Source: Squalus acanthias
Taxonomy: Eukaryota
Length of the DNA stretch: 64,000 nucleotides
Direction of reading: 5' to 3'
NCBI GenBank assembly: GCA_030390025.1
Contig: CM059432.1
Location: forward strand, 111,974,001 to 112,038,000
Part shown: piece by piece, positions 1-12,449 of the stretch
Layout: each line of letters opens with the position of its first letter
Numbering within the stretch: the first letter of the stretch is position 1
Program-made: the position numbers and the translations under genes
Notes under the pieces: generated by a model
Database searches by the model: none
Seen by the model: the letters and a program-made list of their open reading frames with translations, nothing else
What the model was told of the DNA's origin: nothing

Positions 1-265
1 CTCGAGGTTGTCCTCCAAGGCCATCTGCAGTCTCCCCCACTGAAAGTCAGTAGCCTTCCTCCAGCCATGCTGCAGCCAGTGGGGTGGCACAGTGTAGGAG
101 CATTAGGACAGGCAAAGACACACGGGAGACAAGCACCAAGGGAATGCACAAGGGTGATTAGTTGAAGTTTGTATGCAATATGGCATGGCTTTGATTTATA
201 AATTGGGTTTGGAATGTTTATTTAGTGTTGGCTTTTAGTTTTGCATTGTGGCCAAGCAAAGATAA
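1..265 (+). mobile_element. 3' tail of a Harbinger Myb/SANT-like partner gene (fragment running off the window edge)
   Basis: Reads PRGCPPRPSAVS...AAASGVAQCRS...KGMHKGD*, like the Myb-gene tails at 52230-52380 (+) and 27700-27880 (-). The segment GGGTGATTAGTTGA matches 49848-49861. Confidence 0.6.
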
Positions 266-270
266 GGTGG

Positions 271-380
271 GGGACTGAAATAACAACAGAAAATGCTGGA
301 AACACTCAGCAGGTCAGGCAGCATCAAGGAGAGAGAAACAGAGTCAACGTTTCGAGTTGGGGACCCTTCGTCAGAACTGG
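271..380 (-). mobile_element. Penelope-like element terminal-repeat (pLTR-type) fragment
   Basis: AAATGCTGGAAACACTCAGCAGGTCAGGCAGCATC...AACGTTTCG...CTTCGTCAGAACTGG resembles a common shark Penelope-associated repeat (recognised from memory). It contains a hammerhead core on the minus strand. Confidence 0.55.
342..378 (-). ncRNA. Minimal hammerhead ribozyme motif (Penelope type)
   Basis: Minus-strand RNA: AGUU-CUGACGA-A-GGGU(CCCCA)ACUC-GAA-ACGU-U-GACU. This gives the CUGANGA and GAAA core, a 4-bp stem II, a palindromic ACGU in place of stem III, and stem I AGUU/GACU. Confidence 0.55.
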
Positions 381-740
381 ATATATTACATTAAGAAATT
401 TCCATAGCACAATATATCACCCCATTTCACCCCCACTGCTCTTATGTATGAGTTTTGCCATTAAACATAGCAATAGGTCACAGAGCAGTGGACGTAATAA
501 CATGATGCCACACAAGGAAGCAACAATTGATTTATTCAGTAAGGAGAGTTTGCAAGGTGTTGGAACTCTGGAAGTTGAATGAGTGCACGGAAATGCTGTA
601 CCATATTAAAGGCATATTTTATGATTTGCGTATGTTCCATTAATGTGTCGGTATAGACTTCACAGATTGATCATTTGTGCTCAAATGAACAAATGAGTAT
701 GTGCTCATAAGATGTAATTATGAGTGCATAAACATTTAAT

Positions 741-837
741 GGGTAGAAAATCATGCACAATGTGTCGCCAAATTTTCGATATCCGGTATTGGCAACTGAA
801 CTTACCCATCAGTAACGCATAGTCAGAAAATTATCCC
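741..837. mobile_element. Tiny degenerate Harbinger-type MITE
   Basis: Ends GGGTAGAAAAT / AAAATTATCCC, flanked by AAT on both sides (738-740, 838-840). Confidence 0.35.
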
Positions 838-1951
838 AATAATGTCGTATTTTCAAAGTGCAAAGAGATACAACCAAGCACACCTGAAGAACAGCACTCA
901 CCTGAGCTGCAATCATCACCCTGCTCCCCCCTCCACCCCCCACCAACACACACAAACTCTTGAAGCACTGCCAGGACAGAAACACACACTGCAGGAGAAG
1001 GTTATTGTGCTGTTGAGTAAAGAACAGGGTGAGGCATCAAGTGTTGTTGATGAAGTTTTTCTGGTTGCTCAGGGCCTTCTGGTACAGGGCAGAGATGGTG
1101 AGTGCTCCTCCTGAGGCATGTCGGGATACTGAATTTGCTTTTCAATGAAGGCTGTTAGAACATGGGATCCATGTTGAACAATCACTTGTCTCCATGCACT
1201 CCATGCACACTGCACAAGTGAACTCACCCATGTCCACTAGCCTAGAAGCCCATTCATCCTGAATGTGGCTCCCACCCATATGTCAAAGTATTAGCTGAAG
1301 AGCCTTTTGGCTGTAGCACCAACCCCTGGAGAACACTGTGCTCCCAGGCCCACCAGCTCTAGTTCAGATGCTGTGACAAAGGAGACCTGTGGAAACATTA
1401 CTGGTGAAGCAAGGCTCAACTGGAGAAATATCCCTAACCGTTGAGCCTTCTGGATGATGAAACTGACTGTGACTATCACTCGCTCTCCGTGTGGATGGTA
1501 GAAGACCATGATATCACCTGCCAGTATGCTCACTAGGTGATGGTTCCTCTGATGGTCAAACAAAACCACATTGTGAAAACATGGAGGCTCAAGCTGCTAA
1601 TGCAGAGGGATGTAGGCAGCAAGTTTAAAATTGTACGCACTTCTTGCAAGTGCTTTCCCATCCCCTTCCCAGCCAGTAGGGTAGTGGTCTGGTGACATAG
1701 TTCTCCCTGAAATATTTAGAATTTTTACATAAAAATTGATGTTTGGTGGTAAAGTTTAAACATTTTCTTACTAAATCATTGATTTTTTTTTAACTTAAGT
1801 AAAGGAAAGATAAGTGGCATTTAGATTTATCCATGTTCAACAAATCAACCACACATTCAATAGGCTACCTCAATAGCCACTCATCTCCAACCCCCCCTTC
1901 ACAGGTGCACTTTCTCCATCTAACCTTCTCTCTCAAATTCACAACGACAAT

Positions 1952-2121
1952 GGGGTAATTCCAACTTTGGGCGCTGGTGTAAAACGGGCGATATCGAATT
2001 AACCGCCCATTATACACTTCGCCCGATTTCTCCTTGCAATGAATTCAATGCAAAGGAAAATCAGACGTGGTGTATAATGAGCGGCCATAGCACACCATTA
2101 CCCAATGTTAAAATTACCCCC
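1952..2121. mobile_element. Foldback MITE (Harbinger-type)
   Basis: TIRs GGGGTAATT / AATTACCCC(C), AAT on both flanks, and the interior is largely self-complementary around CCTTGCAATGAATTCAATGCAAAGG. Confidence 0.65.
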
Positions 2122-2967
2122 AATCTCACTCTCTAAATCTCCACCCACCACACAATTCACACAGACACTGGGTACAACTCCTACCTGAAAATTCAGCTTC
2201 AATCTAGGAATGGAACCTGTGCTGCAGGCAGGAATTCCTTCCCACTGGCAACACAGAGTAAGGTCCAAAACAAAACAGCAGTTTCAGCTATGAGTAACAA
2301 ACAAGACTGGCAATGTACATGCCAATCTAGAAAACTAGCCAAATCTGACCAGCAGTTTCAAACAAGCTAGCACAGCTGACAACTCAAAAGTTAAAATAGT
2401 TATACATGAAAGTGAATTGTCAAGACTTAAGATGCGTACATACCCAACATTCCACCACTTGTATAGTTAAAGAATGTAGCAAATATTGCAGGGATTTCCC
2501 CTTTTTTTTGCAGAGAAATTGTGAACTATTGTGAATGGATGGAAAATGATGGGTTGCAAACTCACAATTACTCGACCATCCACTCCATGCTGGAAAGTGC
2601 ATGATTAGTGATAAGTGTGCTCACACTAATACATGATAGACTTTCTGTACAACCTGCTTGGAATTATATTTTATGGATGTATTTACAGACACAAACCTTT
2701 TATTTGTTTTGCCAACTGCTGCCAGACAACATGAAAACTCTTTTGAATATCTGTTCAACCAACACGCTCAAATTTTCCTGTTTCACTTTTATTTCATTAC
2801 ATATCCTTCAACATGTTTCCTATTTTTGGCACCAATATATTTAAACTTACTTTTCTTAATACTGAATTCCATTTATTGCTATGTGACTGTAAGTCCCATT
2901 GAATAATATCTGCCTCCTTAGAATACCTTGCTATTCCAGACAAAATTTGTAACATCCTGAAACTTAA

Positions 2968-3300
2968 GGGCCTGGATATTAACAGGGGCAGGTTGCGTAG
3001 GTGGGAGTGCAGAGTTTCAGATGGGAACTGCGTGCATCTTTCAGCCCTGGCAGGTTCCCCGCCTGGAAGTCAGCCTGATTGACAGGCTTGGCTTTCGGTC
3101 GGGCGGCGAGCACTCTGGAGCAGGCCACAGGACCAGGTAGGTCTGATCCACGATCCCGGGGAGAGGGGTCCGATCCCGGGCGGGGATCCAATACCAAGGG
3201 GGCATCCAATCCCCAACCCGGGGGGTGATCCGATCACCGACCGGGGGGAGATCTGATCACCGACCCGGGGGCGGTCTGATTGGGAAGGGGGCTTAGGGGT
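2968..3300 (+). mobile_element. MITE left part, same family as 5564-6688
   Basis: Starts GGGCCTGGATATTAACAGGG like 5564. Shares CCTGATTGACAGGCTTG and CAGGTAGGTCTGATCCAC. Followed by degenerate GGGGGATCCGATC-like tandem units. Right end not found. Confidence 0.6.
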
Positions 3301-3410
3301 GGATTTTGATTTTGTGCCATTCTGTAAAATGGATGAAAGCAAATCATCAATCTCATTTTACATCACTCCCGATTGTTATTTCCAGTGAAGTCAAATCGAG
3401 AGAGACATAA

Positions 3411-5505
3411 TATTTATTAAATTTTTTTTGAGGATGTAATTAGCATGGTAGATAAAGGGGAACCAGTGGATGTAGTATATTTGGATTTCCAAAAGGCATT
3501 CAATAAGGTACCACATAAAAGATTACACAAGATTAGGGCTCATGGGGTTGGGGGTAGTATATGGATAGAGCATTGGTTAACGGACAGAAAACAGAGAGTA
3601 GGGATAAACGGATCTTTTTTAGGTTGGCAGGCTGTAACTAGCGGGGTGCCGCAAGGATCAGTGTTGGGGCCTCAGCTATTTTCAATCTATATTAATGACC
3701 TAGATGAAGGGACCGAGTGTAATGTATCCAAGTTTGCTGATGATACAAAGCTAGATTGGACAGTAAGCTGTGAGGAGAACACAAAGGGCTGGATTTTCTC
3801 AATGGAGATGAGTTGGAGGCGGGACTGCTGCTTGTCGGGTCTATGTCCCGCCTCCATCATCTTCTGACCAACCAGAGGGATTTTCCCCTGATTGACCTTG
3901 TTAAGCCCGTCCTGCGGGTTCAGCAGGCCAATTAGGGGGGAAGTCACTGACAGAGCACGTCAACGTCTGATGTGCTATCTGTCAAGACTTCTTGAAAGAA
4001 GAAATGTCAGCGTTTGACAACTCTGTGAAGCTGTCAAACACTGACAGTCTGCGTAGTTTGATGAGACCTTGTGTTCAGGACTCATCAAACCTTTCAACTT
4101 TGTCGATTTCAGATAGCTGTTGGTTCGGAGGATCCAACAGCCAGTCTGTGAAATCGACAAGGAAGATGTCGGGTCTCCCGATCCAGGGTGGATGAAGGCT
4201 GTAGGCAGAAAACAAGGTAAGTAAACATTTTTTAACACTTTACACTCACCTTCCATACTTACCACTCCACACTTGCACCCATCACTCACCTCTACACCTT
4301 ACTTCCAGGTGCCTCCGACTCCCGCAGACCTCCTCCACGTCTCCTCCAACCCGGCGGGGTTCTCCGAGGTTGGGAAGCCTTCACCTGAGAAGGTAAAATG
4401 GCACTAATCCTTTTTTCTGCCTGTTAACTACCTGTTAACAGGCAGTTAAAAGGATTTAATCCCTTTCCCGCCTCCAGGAACGGGACTCAAAGCAGCACAT
4501 CTTCCCACCTCCTGGCAAAAGGGCACGGAGGCGGGATGGGGGTGGGTTTGCCATCCGCCCCCACTTTCTGCAACTTTACCGGCTGTCCCGCTTCCATACC
4601 CGCCTCCTCGGGGCTTGGAAAATCCAGCCCAAAGAGTCTGCAAAGGGATATAGATAGACTAAGTGAGTGGGCAGTAAGGTGGCAGATGGAGTATAATGTA
4701 GGGAAATGTGAGGTTATTCACTTTGGTAGGAAGAATAGAAAAACAGAATATTTTTTAAATGGTGAGAAACTTCAAATGTTGGTGTTCAGAGAGATTTGGG
4801 TGTCCTCGTGCAAGAAACACAGAAAGCTAGCATGCAGGTACAGCAAGCAATAAGGAAGGCAAATACCATGTTGGCCTATATTGCAAGGGGGTTGGAGTAT
4901 AAGAGTAAGGAAGTCTTGCTACGATTGTACAGGGCCTTGGTGAGACCACAACTGGAGTACTGTGCACAGTTTTGGTCTCCTTAGCTAAGGAAGGATATAC
5001 TTGCCTTGGAGGCGGTGCAACAAAGGTTCAGTAGATTGATTCCTGGGATGAGAGGGCTGTCCTATGATGAGAGATTGTGTAGAATGGGCCGATACTCTCT
5101 GTAGTTTAGAAGAATGAGAGCTGATCTCATTGAAACATACAAGATTCTGAAGGGGATTGACAGGGTAGATGCTGAGAGGTTGTTTCCCCTGGCTGGAGTG
5201 TCTAGAACCAGGGGGCATAGTCTCAGGATAAGGGGTCGGCCATTTAAGACTGAGATAAGAAGGAATTTCTTCACTCAGAGGGTTGTGAATCTTTGGAATT
5301 TTCTGCTCCAGAGGGTTGTGAATGCTGAGTCTTTGAGTATATTCAAGGCTGAGATCAATAGATTTTTGGATTCTAGGGGAATCAAGGGCTATGAGGATCG
5401 GGTGGGAAAGTGGAGTTGAGGTTGATGATCAGCCATAATCTTATTGAATGGTGGAGCAGGCTCGAGGGGCCCTATGGCCTACTTTTGCTCTTATTTCTTA
5501 TGTTT
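3411..5505 (+). mobile_element. 5'-truncated CR1 LINE (RT and 3' UTR), interrupted by a MITE
   Basis: RT motifs [49 protein letters not shown]; tail TTCTTATG; frameshifts and stops. Confidence 0.95.
3786..4630 (+). mobile_element. Harbinger-type MITE (family B) inserted in CR1
   Basis: TIRs GGGCTGGATTTT / AAAATCCAGCCC with TSD AAA (3783-85, 4631-33). Removing it restores CR1 EENTK|SLQRDIDRL. Confidence 0.9.
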
Positions 5506-5563
5506 TTATAATATGGGCTGCTGACTCACTATCACCTGTTTTGCACTCGAATCCTATAATCAT

Positions 5564-6688
5564 GGGGCTGGATATTAACAGGGTCAGATTACGTAGGTTG
5601 GCGGGGTTTCGGAAGGGAAACCCGGAAGTCTGGGTTTCCCCACACGCTGTGGAGTTTTAACTATGTTTTAACCCCACAGCGTGCATCTTTTAGCAGTAAC
5701 AGGTTCCCCGCCCAGAAGGCGGCCTGATTGACAGGCTTGACAGGGAGCGCTCTGGGGCAGGCTGCAGGATCAGGTAGGTCTGATCCACAACCCCGGATTC
5801 CCGACCCTGGGGGCCTTTGTATTATGGGTGGGGTCTGATAGTGGGTAGCTTGGGGGAACAGGAGGAAGCAGTCCTGCTCAGCGTCAGCTGTTAGTGTCAG
5901 CTAACTCTCAGCTCTGAGTCAGAAGGTTGTGGGTTCAAGTCCCACTCCAGAGACTTGAGCACAAAAATCTAGGCCGACACTGCAGTGCAGTGCTGAGGGA
6001 GTGCTACACTGTCGGAGGTGCCGTCTATCGGATGAGATGTTAAACTGAGGCCCCGTCTGCTCTTTCAGGTGGATGTAAAAGATCCCTTGGCACTATTTCG
6101 AAGAAAATCAGGGAAGTTATCCCCGGTGTCCTGGCCAATATTTATCCCTCAATCAACATCACTAAAACAGATTACCTGGTCATTATCACATTGCAGTTTG
6201 TGGGAGCTTGCAGTGCACCAATTGGCTGTCGCGTTTCCTACTTTACAACAGTGATTACACTCCAAAAATACTTCATTGGCTGTAAAGCGCTTTGAGACGT
6301 CCGGTGGTCGTGAAAGGCGCTATATAAATGCAAGTTTTTCTTTTTTCCTCCTGGCCCACAAGCAGTGCTGTGAAGGCACTTACCTTCTCCCCGAAGCTGT
6401 CCTCACCTCACTTCAGCTGCCGGTTTTCCCGAGGCCTGGGAAATCTGGCCTTCACCCCACTGTAAAACCTGCAAAGCAGGTTAAATCCGCGGCAGCCAGC
6501 CTCATTAAAATATTTCAATTGCCAACCCAGCTCCTGGGCGCGGGTTGGCTGCCCGGCCCTTGTCCTGCCTCTGTATAAGCTGGAAGTGGGCGGGTTGAAG
6601 GCGGATTGGGGTCGGGGTTCAGATTTTTAACATTTTAACATCTGACCCAAACTCAAACCCATCTGTTTTTTTGGCTAAAATTTCCCCC
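5564..6688 (+). mobile_element. Harbinger-type MITE carrying a SINE insertion
   Basis: Ends GGGGCTGGATATT / AAAATTTCCCCC; homologous to 2968-3300; split at CCTGCTC|...|CTCCTGGCCCAC by the SINE. Confidence 0.65.
5880..6347 (+). mobile_element. Near full-length tRNA-derived Deu-domain SINE (SacSINE1/AmnSINE1-like)
   Basis: B-box GGTTCAAGTCC at about 5932; central GGATGTAAAAGATCCCTTGGCACTATTTCGAAG...GGTCATTATCACATTGC; 3' end GAAAGGCGCTATATAAATGCAAG plus T-rich tail. Confidence 0.85.
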
Positions 6689-6921
6689 AAGGATTCTATT
6701 AACAATAATTTTGTTGAGGTTACTAATAAATACAAGCAGCATGGGAGCCAGGATTAATCCCTGGTCACAACTTTCCAAAAACTATTACCTTTAATTTCCT
6801 ATTATCTAGCCACTGAATAATCCAATTTACAATGTCATCTTGTATCCTGTGAGCATTTCCTTTAGCCACAAGTCTTCTGTGAGGAATCTTATCAAAGCCC
6901 TTCCGAAAGGCTAAATACATA

Positions 6922-7617
6922 AGGTGGAATTTTCCGACGTTGTACAGCGAATGCTTAGATTTCTGACTTGCACTCCAACAATTTTAACCTCACCCACAAA
7001 CTCTGATAACTCCTCAAATAATTCTGCAATTTTTTTTACCCAAGATCTCTAACCAGATTTGCCGATCCGAGCCGCTCGCCATATTTACCAGCGTGATTTG
7101 GGCATGTCTTGGGTAATTGAAATGCAAAGGGTCTGATGATGTAATTGAGGCCCAACATCATTTTAACACGTTTTTAGCGAGCTTGGTGCTTGGTTTCAGC
7201 CTTGCCAGGAACTACGGGTGCCAAGAAGCAGCAGGCCCAGGGCTAAAAACGTTAATAATTTTATTTAAAAACATTTCCTCCATTGCTCCTCCGGACTCCA
7301 CAAGGAAACCTAGGGCTTCCCCTGCTGGGGGCTTTCTTACCCTCCCCTCACAATTACCCCCAGAACCCCCCCCCCCACTAGACTTTGCCAGGGACCACTC
7401 CCGCGGGTCCTGATGGTGACCTCCTGCTGTACTCATCCACTCTGGGCCACCAGCACCATGTCATTGACGCAGAGTTCAGGTGAGAATCAGGTCAGGTGTA
7501 TTTAAATGAGGCCCGGGAGTTAAAATGGACCGGACCGCATGTTCCGTGGGCCAAGGCAAGCCTGACACTCGTTCTGCTGGCCCCATGCCTTTCCTTGCCC
7601 CCCGATAAATTGGGGCT
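6922..7617. mobile_element. Probable degenerate MITE
   Basis: GC-rich island in AT-rich DNA with GGAATTTTCC and AAATTGGGGC ends and the CTTACC / ATTTAAATGAGGC motifs seen in other MITEs. TSD not resolved. Confidence 0.35.
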
Positions 7618-8518
7618 TTCATTTTTTAATTCTCTATAACTATTAATAAATCATTGTACATATACATAGTATCAAATTCTGGAAGAACTGTACCATTATT
7701 CAAGGATGGAAGGAGGCTCTGAATAAAAGTTCAGATTTAAACAGACATATTTAGATAGAACATTTTGGATACCCGAGATATTGCTATAGGGGAATTTGAC
7801 AAATTCCTTTTAAACTTAAGTTTTATATAATGGAATTCAGTGTAAAATGACCAATCATAAATCGGTGGGAAGAAAGGCACAGATCTGATTCTAGATTATG
7901 TACAGAGAATTATTACTGTAACTGTGGATTAAGAAAACAATATTCATTTATTTTTCAGGGAACAAATCAAAACATGTATGCTGCACCATTGATGAGGAAA
8001 TCTCTTTCAACAGAGATCCGCTTCCCTCCGCCACCTCCACACTTGATCACTTCCCCCTCCACACACACACCAAGCTAACAGCAGGCTCAATATGAACAAT
8101 GTCAGAGTAGATCTGTTAGCATATGTACAGGTTTTTGAATCTGTAACTCTTCAGGCATTACCTTATGTTACAGATGCAAAACAATGTTTTTATTTAACAA
8201 AAAAGAAAGGAAGCCACTTATTTCCTGCTGGGTTTTTTTCTGACCTGGTGGAGGACCCACTTACCTTCCAACTGATGTCAGAATGTTCCTAGTTAAAGCA
8301 ATTCGATATTGTGGACTTAGAGACACTGTTCCATGTTAGCAGCAGAATGGCGCATTGTCCATTAAATGGCATAATACTCCTGTCCCTATAGAACAGCTCA
8401 CGTGCTGACATCCTCTGTGGCATCAACAATGCCACAGGAGATCTACTAGAATTTAAAACAGATTCCACCAGGATCTCTTCCCTTTTACATAGTTTTCCTT
8501 TTATTCTATTTCTGTTTA

Positions 8519-8702
8519 ACTAAAATAGATTATCTGGTTATTATCTCATTGTTGTTTGTGGGATCTTGCTGTGCGCAAATTGGCTGCTGCGTTTCCTACA
8601 TTACAACAGTGACTACACTTCAGAAGTACTTCATTGGTTGTAAAGCGCTTTGGGACATCCTGAGGTTGTGAAAGGCGCTATCGAAATGCAAGTCTTTCTT
8701 TT
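8519..8702 (+). mobile_element. 5'-truncated Deu-domain SINE copy
   Basis: Matches 6160-6340 of the full copy (GATTATCTGG...AAAGGCGCTAT...ATGCAAG). Confidence 0.85.
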
Positions 8703-9848
8703 GTTTTCCATTCTCAGTTGGCAGATCTGCAATTTGGCATTTTGAAAATAATAGCTTGGGCTTCTTTTTTAATCTTGAGAAATCGTGAAAGCAGCTTTCA
8801 AGTTATAGCAGCAATGCAAGAAGATCAACCGTTGCAGGTTAGAGGGAGCTGAGGCAACACGGATAGTTAGTCTGTGAGAGGTTTCAAAGGTAGTCAATAT
8901 GGTGGTCAGAGTCAATGACCTCATCTTATTCACGTTCAGTGGTGGGGAGTATTGCTGTAGTTACATGGTAACAGAACTTTTAAACTGCTCTTGTGATTCA
9001 CATAACTGATGTACTGTGTCCAGTGTGCCTTGCTGACTATGACTATTACTTAGGTGAAAAGTCATTCAGTTGCTATGTTCAAGAAAAACAACAGATGGAT
9101 TGCAATGTTCCTAGCTGTGTGAGTGAGGGCCCAATGTTTTACAGTCAGTGGAGACTCAGTTCATGTTAAAAGTCCAGAATATCCAATGTCATTTCCAGTG
9201 AGTAGGCAGATAAGAATAAGGATGTTACTGATACCAGAAATGCTTTTATATCATACATTGAATGTTTTTCAACTCCTGCTAGATATCTAAATGTCATTAG
9301 CTTATTTCTGTCTGTTTAATTGGCTATTGCGTATTGTGTGAAAATATGCAGAGGCATTTTCATCTATCTGTATCTCACTGCATCAGACAGCCTTACACAA
9401 TACACTATATCCTCCTATATATTAAGCATTATGTTAGGCCCTGACATAGAATGTGCAACCAATTAAACTGTTCATTGCCCTCCAGTGTCAATCATCTATT
9501 ATTTTACATTCGAAAAAAACTACTGTGAGTTGGTAGAATTCAGCCCCTGTTTTGGCACGTAGTGGTGTCTCGCCTTCTCATTGCTGAGGGGTCATCCATG
9601 AAATGAGTTCGAGTAATCTCAAACTGCGACTGGACACAGGCACACAGCACTAAACTCCCTATAATTTGACAGAATCTTGCTCAAAAAAGCCGTAAGATTG
9701 TTGGGCAATGGAAAGTTCACATTGGTTACAGTAAGTGGTGCCCTTTTCAGGTTGGGGATTGAGGCACATTGTTGGTCTTGAGTGGAGGATGCTTTACTCT
9801 GCATCTGCCTTTGCCATTGCTGAACTTGGAGATGCTATTCTATTGGTG

Positions 9849-10048
9849 TTCAACCAACATCACCAAAACAGATTATCTGGTCATTATCACATTGCTGTTT
9901 GTGGGAGCTTGCTGTGCACAAATTGACTGCCGTGTTTCCTACATTACAACAGTGACTACACTGCAAAAAGTACTTTATTGGCTGTAAAGCGCTTTGGGAC
10001 GTCCTGAGGTTGTGAAAGGCGTTGTAGAAATGCAAGCCTTTCTTTTCT
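9849..10048 (+). mobile_element. 5'-truncated Deu-domain SINE copy
   Basis: Matches 6148-6340 of the full copy. Confidence 0.85.
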
Positions 10049-10229
10049 ATTCTCTAGCAATCCTCTCCTTAATGAGTACCAAAAACAATTGAGCCTAAAA
10101 TCATTTTTCCTCAGAAATTCTGTCCCATGTTTCTGACCGTTACAAGATTCACATGCTGTATCTTGGTGCGGTCATTCAATTTTCAGAATGACTATCTTGA
10201 GCATTTACATAATTAAAATTGCATATAGT

Positions 10230-10991
10230 GGCCCAAAAATTCAGCCGTTCTCGGGTGAGTACGGACTGTGTACTCACCTGTATTCATTCCCGAAGTGCCG
10301 GTTTCCTGCATGCACTGCGCATGCGCGGGAAACCGGCACTTCCGGTATGGCGAAGGGGGCGGTTCCTCGGTGAACCGCGTGCGCACTAGAGGCTGCGCGC
10401 ACGCAGCACACTTAGGTTTTTTTTCAGGTTTCAACGCGAGGGTAAGTATTGAAGATTCTATGCTAGTAAAAAGGAGGCGTAAGACCCCTTTTGAACAAGG
10501 TAAGTAGTTAATTAAGTATAATTTTAAATTTTTTTCAACAGGTTTATCTTTTTTAGAGACTTTAAAGAAAGGTAAGTTTATTTTTATAACTTTTAAAAAG
10601 TATTTTAATTTTTTCAAAAATTTAAATTTTTGTTTAAAGTGGTTAATTTATTTAACTATAGTTATTTTATTAATGTGATGGTTTTTTAAAAAATGTATTT
10701 GAAGTTTAGCTGTTCTTTTGGGGCCGATTTCAATTCACAGATTTGACAGGTCCTGTCAAATCTATGAATGAAAGATGGTCTGCTGCCATTGGCTCTCCAT
10801 GGCCCACGTGATCCCAGGGGTCGCATCGCACTAACTGCGCCCCTGGAACACTCAAGCACTGCGCGCCGGCTCTTGGGAGAGGCCCAGGACCCGAAGTTCC
10901 TGTGGGCCCGAAACACAACGGCAGGCGCGGTAGGTAAGAGCGCGCGCGATCCTTACCCCCGCGGCAAGCCGGCCACCCGAATTTCTAGGCC
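10230..10991 (+). mobile_element. Harbinger-type MITE (family A), copy 1
   Basis: TIRs GGCCCAAAAATTC / GAATTTCTAGGCC; flanks AGT/AGC; 762 bp; inverted homolog of 40738-41499. Confidence 0.9.
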
Positions 10992-11569
10992 AGCTTATTG
11001 CACATTAAATGTGTAGAATGGCACATTATATCTGCCTGAACAAAACGGTCACTTTTTAGGATTGATTGATTTGCTAAATTTTAGATCATGAAAGAACCCA
11101 CAGAAAAGCAACTAATTCAGATGCAGCAATTTGAGCCAATCACAAAGCTCCCTTTATTTTTTCAACGTGTCTCCAACCATCATCTTGCTTTCTAGCTAAG
11201 TAAGTAATATATATATATAGAGCATTTATAATAGGGCAAACACAGAGCACAGTTAAACAATTCACACTAAAATCATTACATTTCAAATCTTAAAATGAAT
11301 GTGAGAAGTTTTGGAGAGAAGGCCAGCCCATGTCTGCAGCCTGGGGTCAAGTTTTTGGTAAGTTCTCGAGTTGTCAATTTCTGGGCTTGGGTACTGAGGA
11401 TTTCCTGCTCCTGTCGAAAAATTCTGTGTGAGAGGGAAAGAGATGCACCATGGGATCCTCCACTCCCCACTGTTAGATTCTACTTCTACCTTGGACTCTA
11501 CGAGGGTAATGAATCAAGGAGTGCCACACATATAAAGAGACTGCAAGCAAAGGCTCAGCGAGAGCAGGT

Positions 11570-11870
11570 AGCTTACATTGGCTGCAATGGTGAGGTTGTT
11601 ATACTTCTTTGTGCACTGCAGAAGAGACCTATAGCTCATGGAAGTGGCACTCACTGCCACAGCCACATCCCTCCACAAAGTGCATTCCACATTATTGAAG
11701 GATCTCTGGCCCCAATCCCAAACAGCCCATTTCTCCTGCTCCATGTCTCCATTATGAGGACACGTAGGACTGACTCTGAAGTTTGCTGCTTATTTCTTCG
11801 ATCTGGCTGCCATCCTAATTGTCCAGATTGCCTGACTCCTCCACTGCTGCATTTTCCCCTTTAAAGCAAC
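11570..11870 (-). pseudogene. Degraded Harbinger Myb/SANT-like exon 1
   Basis: LWRDVAVAVSATSMSYRSLLQCTKKYNNL followed by a GTAAG donor, the same motif as the other Myb exon-1 copies. Confidence 0.6.
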
Positions 11871-12449
11871 AGCAGTTTTTATAACCTGCTGCTGCAGATC
11901 TCTGCATCTTCTCCAGACACTTTATGGCCTCCACACCCTCATTTCTCCCCCAACGCCATCACTCCCTTCTACTCGCCACACTTCCACTCTCCATCCCCAC
12001 TTCCCCCTCCAGGTATTTTCTGACCTCCTCTTCATAGATTAGCTCCTGCCACTGGGCTATTTTCTGTTTCCAACCCCACTCCAGTCAGTACATCTTGGTG
12101 AGGGCAATAGCACAGGCGGATCGTGCGTGCGCCGGCAATATTCAGAGTAGGCAGATCGTGTAGGCAGCCTGGGGTCAACGCTGATTTGACGTCACCGTTT
12201 CAAACAACACCCTCTCCTAAACACACACAGCTGCACAAGGAACCCCCCACCAGTGCTATTTAAAGGGATACATCCAATTTAGAGGTAAGTTGATTTTTTT
12301 CTTTTACTGGCTCTTGCAGCGTTTGTAGGAGTACCAAGTTGCTGGAAAACATTTATAAAGTTGTTAAAGTGCACAGGGAGTGCTGCTAGATGTTGGAAAG
12401 GTGTTGGCTGCTACTGGAAGGACCCTGACTACACCACTTGCTCCCAGTC

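Noticed and set aside
3150..3280. CRISPR-like repeat array
   Set aside because: Degenerate GC-rich tandem units inside a MITE with no unique spacers, in a eukaryotic context.
5880..5950. Functional tRNA gene
   Set aside because: Only a B-box and a degenerate 5' part; it is the SINE head.
11295..11864. 189-aa ORF as a host gene
   Set aside because: No recognisable motifs, and it overlaps the antisense strand of a Myb exon-1 remnant.
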